Source of the DNA: the human T2T-CHM13v2.0 reference genome, Homo sapiens
Length of the DNA stretch: 64,000 nucleotides
Reading direction: 5' to 3' (one strand)
Assembly: GCF_009914755.1 (NCBI RefSeq)
Contig: NC_060932.1
Under the pieces are notes generated by a model. The model was not told where the DNA came from. It saw only the letters and a list, made by a program, of their open reading frames with translations, and searched no databases. Shown here one piece after another: positions 55,098-64,000 of the stretch. Positions within the stretch are counted from its first letter, which is position 1. Each line of letters opens with the position of its first letter. The translations under genes were made by a program, and so were the position numbers.

Positions 55098-55573
55098 GTG
55101 TGAAGCACTGGGCAGATGGCAGGGATGAGGGTGGTTATTTGTCTAGACAACGAGATCCCAAACACAGAAGTTTACTAACAGAAAACCAAAATCACCAAGG
55201 GATCCCACAGTGGTAGAGAGAGTAGAGAGAAGCATGGCATCTCAGGCTCAACGCAGGGAGCACACAGGTCCATGGGCTGGGGTGGGTGCCCACACTTCCT
55301 AAGCTTGTACCCTGGTATGCATCCTAAGCACGTTCCAGGGGCTGTGGCAGGTGGTGCACAGTAGATGGAGAGGGAGATGCTTTAGTTCTGTTTCACCAAT
55401 GACCAAACTGATTCCGTAGAGATTAGATGCCTTGCCCAGAGTCACACTGTAACAAGGGATAGAGCTGGGATAGGAGCACCCAGGCTGTCTTGCTCCAAGC
55501 CCATGGCCTCTCCTTACTGAAGGGCAGAGGGAGTTGAAGGGGGTGTATGTGACAAGAGGCTCTGACACTCCTT

Positions 55574-55663
55574 GGGACACTGGGGGATGGGAGCCCACAG
55601 TGTCCAGTTGCTGTCCCCGGGACACTGGGGGATGGGAGCCCACAGTGTCCAGTTGCTGTCCCC
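55574..55663. repeat. Perfect 45-bp tandem duplication
   Basis: gggacactgggggatgggagcccacagtgtccagttgctgtcccc at 55574-55618 and 55619-55663. Confidence 0.97.
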
Positions 55664-56667
55664 GTAGAGCACTCTCTTCTCCTACTCTGTCCCAGAGACT
55701 CACTCGGTTTTCCTGCCTACTCAGAGCAGCCGTTAACCTCATCTGTCCGTGGCACCCTCTGCCCCAATAGCCCCCGGCTGCAGGGCAGTGTGGCCTCCCA
55801 GCAGCCACAGGCTTGTCTCAGCGTATCAAATGCTTATAATTTTACATCATCTCAGTGTCCATTTTTAAATTGAAGCTTAATTTTTTATACCAGAAGCAGG
55901 GCTCAGTCCCCGTTGGCACAGTTGTTAATGATATCCCCAATCCAAGTGGCCCCAGGCAATGGCCAGAAATAAAACTGAGAGGTCTGCCTTACCTAGCAGA
56001 CTGGGCTCCTGGCTCTTCTGCCACTTCCTTAAAGGAACCATTCAGACATTTGCCACCTCTCAGACACAGCGTGACCTCCTAGAAATAGTGCCTGCTTGCT
56101 TTAAACCCAGCATTAAAGCTCCCCACGGGAAACCTGTTGGGATAACACCCTGGGCCCAGTGAGGACGTTGGCCCATGGGTCACTCCCACCACCCACTGTG
56201 CCGTGCTCCCTGACCTCCCTGTGTGCCTGTGTACGTGAGTATGTGTGAGTGCGTGCATGTGTGTGTGTGGCCTCTATGCATGCTGTGTACTTCCCAGGGT
56301 CTGTGAGTACTAAAAATGCTTAAAATTTCACATTGTGGTTGTGTCATTGAAGCTGTGCCCGCCATCTGACCCCTGATGGGGACTCACGCAGGTAGGTTCC
56401 TGCTGGCACTCTTTTGTCTGGGCCTCTCAGCTGCTGGCGACAGTAGTTACCGGCTGAGTTGATAATGAAACTCAAAGAGTTTCATTCAAAACACCCTCTT
56501 AGTGCCTCGCCCTGGAAGCAGATCAGAAACTAAACTCACAGAATCAGCTGTGGGACACAGTGAATGCCCTGATCACCCCCTGAGAGTCTCATTTCCCGTG
56601 GGCCATATGACAATGTTCCAGCCAATGGGTGTGAATGGAAATGCGCAGCCGACCTCTAGGCCACACC

Positions 56668-56991
56668 TTTTATTCGTTTATATTTATTTATGGATTCATT
56701 GTTTTAGAGACAGGTTCTCACTCCGTTGTCCCGGCTGGAGGGCAGTAGTGTGATCACAGATCACCACAGCCTGGAACGCCTGGGCTCAAGTGACCCTCCC
56801 ATCTCAGCCTCCCAAGTTGCTGGGGCTATGGGCTCGTGCCACTGTGTCGGCTAATTTTTTTTATTTTTAGTAGAGAGAGGGTCTCACTATGTTGTCTGTG
56901 CTGGTCTCAAACTCCTGGGCTCAAGCAATTCTCCTGCCTCGGCCTCCCAAAGTGCTGGGATCCTGACAGCCGTGAACCACTGTGCTCGGCC
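56668..56991 (-). mobile_element. AluJ inserted in an MLT1-type LTR (~56550-57285)
   Basis: Diverged Alu with J-type cctgggctcaag; MLT1 motifs on both flanks. Confidence 0.85.
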
Positions 56992-58199
56992 TCTGCATCT
57001 TTTAAGAAGAAAATGGCTTGTCTCCCAAGACCTGATTTCCTCCTTCCTCCAGCTGGAACTCAGATGTGGAACAGAGGAAGTGGCTTCAACAGTGCAGGTG
57101 AGGTCAGTGCCTGAAAGAAGCAAAGCAAAAAGAGGGAAGGTCCTTGGCGCTGGGATTCCCTGTGGGGCTGAGCAAAGACCCGCCCTGGACCCACACACCT
57201 CCAGGCCGTTACCAGCAAGAGAGAGAACTGGGTATTGTTGGACTTCGATATTTTTGGGCCTCTCTTGTAGCAGCTTAGCCTGTCCCTTCAGGAACTCATA
57301 ATCAGTGGTTTCGAATCTTAACTCGGAACCTTGAGTTATTTTAGTCATTGAAGTTTTCCTTTCCTCAGAGATTGTTTTTAACCTTCCTGCCCAAGTCAGT
57401 TTCCATAGTGTGCTTTCTTATTTCCACATACCTCCCTGTCGAAGCACTTATGGTTATAATTTTGCACTTATGGTTGTGCATCTATGGTCGACATCTAGCT
57501 TCCCTACTGGGCCTTGAAGACAAAATTTGTCTTTCTTATTTTTGCTTACTCATGTAAGCACCTAATCATGTATCTCAGCACCTAATACAATGATGCCATT
57601 ACTTTTTTAAAGCATGGATGAATGAATGAATGAATAAATGAGTGAGAGAGGAAGGGAAGAAAAAAGAAAGGACAGAAGGAGGGAAGAAAGGACAGGAGAA
57701 AGGAAGGAAGGGAGGGAGGGAAGGAGGGGAGGAGGGAGGATCTCAGTGATTAAAGCTTTCGGAGATGTGAAACCTCAGTTTGGAGTCAGTGTGAGATAGA
57801 GCTGGTACATAAGAAGATGGAAATCTTCTGTTGGTGTGCTCATCCCCCCACCTCTGTTTCTCCTAGAAACACCTATAGAAAAAGGGAGCTGTCTTTCTAG
57901 AGGTCTTGGGTCCCTGAGATCCAGAGAAAGAGAAAGGACTGGGCACAAAGGGAAGTTGCTGGTGCACTTTCTCGGAATCCTAACAATAACAAGACACCTT
58001 ATCGAGCATCTTGGAAACTCAGAATCAATCTTCAAGCTGCATTTCATATGCCACCTTCTCCTGGCTCTCAGAGAGCCTTTCTGTCATCCCTCTGTACAGT
58101 GCACCTCTTCTTGTATCTTTTTATATCAGCAACTGCTAACTTACAGAAGGCTGGAAGTGTGGGACATTCTTCTGGAACTCTTTGAGAGTCTGTCCCTGA

Positions 58200-59340
58200 C
58201 CTGCTGCCATCACCTGTGTGTCCTGTAGTGTGTGTTTCCCACAAACAAGGACATTCTCCTGCATAACCACACTGCATCCATCAAAATCAGCAGGCTGGCA
58301 CTGATGCATGGCTACATCCCATCCTCAGACTCACCCGAGTTTCCTCAATCGTCCCGGGAACATCCTTTGTATACCAAAAGTATAACCTATTGCTTCAGTT
58401 ATCACGCCCCTTTAGAATTCTTCTTTCCCTGACTTGGAGGGCCTTAACACTTGAAAATTTCAGGCCAGTCCTTATGTAGAATACTTCTTGCCCCAAACTC
58501 AGATTTTCTTGATGTTTCTTCAAGATCAGATCCAGGCCACCAGATTGTTGCCAATATCCTTTGGCAAGGATATTGCAAAAGCAACATGGTGCTTGTGTTG
58601 TCCCATCCCTTGAATAAGATAGAATGCCCCGTCCCACTCCACTGTGAAATGTCTTTTCCTTTACAAGTACTAAGTATTATTTGGGGAAGTTACATTCAAA
58701 ATATGTTCATATTCCATTCTTCAAGATATGTTCAATATTATTTATCAGTATAAACTAGCAGTTTCCTGTTTTATTCTATGAATTATAATCTATTACACTC
58801 ATTCTGTTGCTCTGGTTTCTCTGATTTGGTCAGTGGGAACCCTGTTAAGTTGGCTCCCATGTCCTATGGACATGTTCCTTTTATTCTTTTTATGCTACTT
58901 TGATCTCTGGCACAACATGTGCCAGGGTCATTTTGTACATTCCCTTTCTTAGCCTTGGACATAGGCATGGCTCAAGAAGCCCTGATTCCTTTTAGAAGAG
59001 AATGGTGGCTAGAGGCCAAATCAGGATGTGAGGTGTGCTCCTCACTAATGGAGTGTGGCTGCTTCCAGGCGCTGCCATTGGGCATTTGTGTCTATGTCTA
59101 TTTCTGTATCTATCTGCATAGACTGAAACCATGAGTTGACTGAGGTGAGTGATTTCAATCCACCATCAGAGAATGTATTCTAGCTTTCACCCTTCTGTAT
59201 TGTAAGTCCTTCTCCCACTGAGAAATCTAGCTTCTCTCCCCCTTCATATATTCACCCATTCAATGAATCCTCCTGTATATGTCAAATCTTCCATGTCTAT
59301 TGCCACCACCTACCCCACACAGACGCTCCCCTACTCCAGC
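58200..59340 (-). mobile_element. Old L1 (L1MC-type) 3' region
   Basis: aaacaaggacattctcctgcataaccac...atcaaaatcag and related L1MC 3' UTR motifs. Confidence 0.65.
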
Positions 59341-59760
59341 TTAGGCTCTGAATTCCTCTTCCAGCTACCCCATGCATGGCTGCCCAACTCCCCGTGCCTG
59401 GGCTCCAACACTTAACACAGAAGGCATTCAATAAATGCCTGTTGTGTGAGTGAAGGAAGAACATCACGGGTAAAGCACAGAGGGAAGGAGGGAGGAACCA
59501 AGTGGGTCAGTACCGCTGGAGCAGGAGCCTAGGACTAGCTTTGGAGCAGGGAAGATGGAGAGGAGAGCTCAGAATTCTGTGGAAAAGAGGCTCTCTGAGT
59601 CCTCAGAAGAGTAGGAAGTTAAGAGCCATCTTTTGGCTGGAGGAGAATAGATGAGACCTGTGTTTTGGAAGCAGCTCTCTTGCCAACCTATGAAGGAAGA
59701 GCTATAGGGAAGGGAAGAGAAAACCGGAGGGCCACAGAGTGACTCGGGAAAGAGGCAGTG

Positions 59761-59763
<3 letters not shown>

Positions 59764-59803
<40 letters not shown>

Positions 59804-59837
59804 TGTGTGTGTTTGTATGTGTGTGTGTGTGTGTGTG
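59764..59837. repeat. (TG)n microsatellite, ~37 units with 3 interruptions
   Basis: Directly visible. Confidence 0.95.
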
Positions 59838-60536
59838 TAGAGGGGCCTAGGGGTCCAATCAGAGGCCATGTCATCTGGTGACATTGCGACCTTCTGTTAC
59901 TGACTTTCAGTTCTATAGTTACTTCTGCAAATGGAAATGCAGTCTCTCTCAGATGTGATATTTTCGATGCTCTCATGTATAAATGCATAAAAAAGAGAGA
60001 TTCTTTTCATACTTCATCTACTTTCTTGTCAGTCTCAGCTTCATTTTCAATTCCCTACTTCAGTGTCCTAATTTCCTTCTTGATGGATTGCTTGATTCCA
60101 TCCTTGTCGGCTCACTGCTTAAGAAAAGCAGCGTGAGCGTGGGGTTGGGTTGTCTCTCTCTCTCCCTCTTTTTTCTTTCTTTTCTTTAAATTCTAGAAGC
60201 AGCTGGGGAATGTGGTTAGTTGTACTGAAGGCGGGATCTAGTGACTGGATCCATTTTTAGAACCCACATGCTGTTATGGCTGGTCTTGGGTGGGGGTGAC
60301 CACTGGACCCCTAAAAACAGCTCCAGGATGGGAACTAATGGTTGCTGAGCATGCATATAAACCAATATAGGACTATGTACTGTGAACATTTTCTCACCTC
60401 TGATAACCTGATGTGTTTTCTTTTTTGGTCATTATTTACTTGGTTGTTTTCCATTTTTGCCTTGTCATCTAGGTTGCTTAGGGCTACAATATCATTCACT
60501 TAGAGCATGCACTCTTCCCTTTATAGAAGAGGGAAC

Positions 60537-60927
60537 TGTCTTAGTCCATCTGCGTTGCTATAAAGGAATACCTGGGGCCAATACCTAAGGTTCTGCAGAC
60601 TGTATAAGGAGTATGGTGCTCGCATCTGCTCAGTATCCCATGAAGGCCTCAGGCTGCTTCCACTCATGGTGGAAGGTGAAGGGGAGCCAGTGTGTGCAAA
60701 GACCACACAGCAAAAGAGGAAGCAAGAGGTGAGCAGAGGTGACAGGCTCTTTAACAACTAGCTCTGATGGGGACTAATAGAGTGAGAACTCACTCCCCTC
60801 CCCTCCAGAAGGGCATTAGTCTATTCATGAAGGATCTACATCCATGTCTCAAACATTAGGCCCCCCACCTCCAACAGGTTCAAATTTTAACATGAGGTTT
60901 TGGGGGACAAACGTCCAAATTACAGTG
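60537..60927 (-). mobile_element. MSTB-type solo LTR
   Basis: tgtcttagtccatctgcgttgctataaaggaatacctg...gactaatagagtgagaactcactc. Confidence 0.85.
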
Positions 60928-62081
60928 GAAATTAAGCTGTTAAGTGACTTCCCCAGAAACAGCTACTAAATCACAAGGCCTAGAATGAGAGTCTCTCTAT
61001 GGAATAATGGATCCCAAATTTTAGAGTTATAAGAACAATTCTGGGTCCCAGAAATTTTGATGCAGTGTTTTGGGAGAGGGCAGAGCACACCACTTTTTAA
61101 CAAGCAACTCTGCCATTTATAAGCTTGTGTAATCGGGAAAATTACTTGGTTTCTTTGAGTCTCAGCTTTCTCATTTGTAAATTGGGAACACTATTCCTTA
61201 CTTACTAGCTGTTCTTTCTGCCCAGAATGCTCTCACCCACATATCCTCTCTTTCACCTTCCATGAGACCACCCAATCAATATAGCCTCCTGTGGCCCAGC
61301 ACCTCCAATCCCCTCACACTGCCTGACACTTTTTCCCATAGCATCTGTGACCTAATGTGCTCCAGATGCACAAATTTATCGTGCTGGTCACTCATTGTCT
61401 GCCTCCTTCCTCTAGGATGTTGGCTCTGTTGGGTAGTTATTTTCAGTGATGTGACTCAAGCGCCTGGGAGATGTGCAGACACACTAGACTGTTTTGAAGA
61501 TTAAACTTAACATCATCTTTATGCAGTTAGCACCATTCTTGCTGTGCAGAAAAGCCTTTTGATAGACGGTGGTTATTATCAATTTCCCTCTCTGCTGGCT
61601 TTGTCCTGGAGCCTGCTTCCAGCACCCCTCACCCCACATCTATACATCTTCCCTCATACCAAAGCTCTCCTGAGGCACATTTCCAAGCCTGGCACCCACC
61701 TGTGCCGGGAACTGTCACTATTTTGGTTTTATACCCAAGGGTTGGCAGAGCAAGGCGTGCATTCTTCTTGGTGAGGGAGTGGAAGGGCTCTGCTGGATAA
61801 GTTTCAGAGAGAGAGAAGCGGCTGTGGCTGGTGGGGCTGCACCAAGTGTGCATCCCATTTCCTGGGCTAATGGAAGCCCACACCAGAGGCCCTATCCCTG
61901 CTCAGCTACTCTCCTGTTTCTGCACGGCCAAGGGTGAGGCAGGGAACAGGCTGTGTAGCTAGGTAAGAGCACCTTGGATCATATCTCTAACAGCTGCCCT
62001 GGGGCTGGGAAACTGTCGGGGGGGTGAGCTGCTGAGACTGAAGACCAAGCAGGATGGTCTCAGGGTACCCAAATTTGAGGT

Positions 62082-62445
62082 TGTTATGGACTGAATATAT
62101 CCCCCAAATTTATATGCTGAAACCCTAATCCCCCTGTGATAGTATTTGGAGATGGGTCTTTGGGAGGTAATTTAGGTCATGAGGGCAGAGCCCCCATGAT
62201 GGGATTAGTGCCCTTATAAAAAGAGATGGGACAGAGCTTGCTTTTTCTCCCTGCTCTCCATCATGTGAGGATAAAGCAAGAAGACAGCCTTCTGCAAACT
62301 AGGAGGAGAGTCCTCACCAGAACCTGGCCATGCTGGCACACTTCTCTCAAACTTCACAGCTTCCTCAAATATGAGAAATAACTTCTGTTGTTCAATTCAC
62401 CCAGTCTATGGCGATTGGTTATGACAGCCTGAGCTAACAAAGACA
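62082..62445 (+). mobile_element. MLT1A0/B-type solo LTR
   Basis: tgttatggactgaat...gggattagtgcccttataaaaagag...gcctgagctaacaaagaca. Confidence 0.85.
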
Positions 62446-62984
62446 GGAGCCCTGGGGCTGAGGGTCACATTCAGCTTCTCCTCTCAGCCAACTTCTAACT
62501 AGGTCCCTGAGTGGGCTGGATGCTTTTCCCACCCATACAAGGGCAACCATTAGCTTCTGGACACCCTGGCTGTGGGACAGATGAAGGAGGAAATGGTGTT
62601 GCATGTTTCAAACTGTACCCCAACCCTAGATGAGGTGATATGCCCAGCATCTTCACAGGATTCCTTTGAAACACCCACTTCGCTGGTAATTACAGTTTAG
62701 TATCTGTCTTCCTTGCTAAATCATGAGCTTCTCAAGGGCAGGACTGAGTCCCTTGTTCACTGTGTGTCTGCAGCACTCAGCTCAATGTCTTGTACATAAA
62801 TATGTGTTAAATTAATCAATAGTTAACAAAATGTTAAAATGGAACTCTTTCTGTTCCCAAAGTCTAGAATCAAAAAGGTGATTAGTATCTCTAAGTTCCA
62901 GAGAGAGAGACAATGGATCAAATGTGTGGGGCTCACCTAAATGTGTGAGGTCACCTAAACTGCTTTTGCCACCTGTACTGTAAT

Positions 62985-63190
62985 AGTTCTATTTAGGCCC
63001 TCAGTTGATTGGTTGATGCTCTTCTACATTGGTGAGGCAGATTGTCTGTACTCAGTCTACTGATTCAAATGCTAATCTCTTCCAGAAACATCCTCACAGA
63101 TATACCCAGAAATAATGTTTTACCAGCTATCCGAGGATGTATCAAAGCATCCTTCAGCCCAGTCGAGTTGACACATACACTTAACCATCC
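62985..63190 (-). mobile_element. MLT2 LTR fragment
   Basis: gtctactgattcaaatgctaatctcttccagaaacatcctcacaga...gttgacacatacacttaaccatc. Confidence 0.8.
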
Positions 63191-64000
63191 CAAGGGGATT
63201 TGAGGCAGAAGCCTTTTCATGTCTTTCCTGGAAATCACAGAAGTAGAGGACTGCTGGGGTGCAATATAAGACCTGGGTTCAAATCTGCTCATTCTCCATC
63301 TAGTTGTGCAAGCAAGGACAAGTCACTTCTCTGAACACACTGCTCATCATCAGGAAGATGGGAATAATGAGAGCTTGTCTTTCAGAGCTGTTTCAAAACT
63401 TAGAGAGTTGTAAAAAGTGCTCAGTACAGAGTAGGCATTCAATAAAGGATAGTGGCAATAATAACAACAATAAGACTGCTATTGTTATTCCCCGTTCTGA
63501 GAAAACCACCTTGCATTTAATAGATGTTCAATGAATTATTCTGGCTGAGTTAATTTTCTTTTGATACTCAAAAACAGGAATGTCCTGACTGCAGACAAAA
63601 AGGCTCACTCAATTAACTCCATGTTTTGAAGTGTCAATAAGGGCAGAAAAAAGGCATTTCTTTGCTTCTTGTTTTTATGATCTCATCATCTGCTATGGTT
63701 TTTAGATGGGAAAATGTGATTGTCAATTAAGAATCTGAAAAAGTGTTCCCTTTATTAAAAGACACACACACAAAACATAAGCACCATATTTCACACTGAA
63801 TCGGAGCTGCTGCTGGCTAGCTGAAATTTACTGCCTCATGTCCCAGCAAAGAGAATTTGCAGCTGGATTAATGCCCCTTTCTCTGGTAGTGAATCAATTT
63901 TGTACATATGGCCATATTTTCACCCAAGTGATAGGCAGCAATGGCTGCTATTTTGTAGTCACTGTAGGAAAACTCAGGGGTACCTCCCAAGAAAGGCACT

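Overview
Primate genomic DNA, most likely human or another great ape: it carries AluY/S/J, L1PA/L1PB/L1MA, THE1/MST/MLT MaLRs, an ERV9 LTR12, MIR, L2 and MER DNA transposons. It reads as repeat-rich intergenic or intronic sequence. I cannot support any protein-coding gene, tRNA, rRNA or CRISPR array, and I could not identify the locus. Many ORFs in the supplied track lie inside repeats, and none of the others resembles a protein I recognise. The most informative structures are: (1) a complete, CpG-rich solo LTR12 inserted into an AluY, with its promoter pointing at an inverted Alu pair; (2) a 4x52-bp tandem amplification of a CCAAT + E-box/AP-1 composite inside an old MLT1-type LTR; (3) candidate transcript 3' ends at ~2.2-2.6 kb (+) and ~9.85 kb (-); (4) several nested insertions and rearrangement scars with readable target-site duplications (TSDs). 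Repeat subfamily names come from my recollection of consensus sequences, not from a database search. Boundaries without TSDs are approximate. I see no convincing evidence of a wholly new biological system; the best candidates are regulatory or dsRNA hypotheses.
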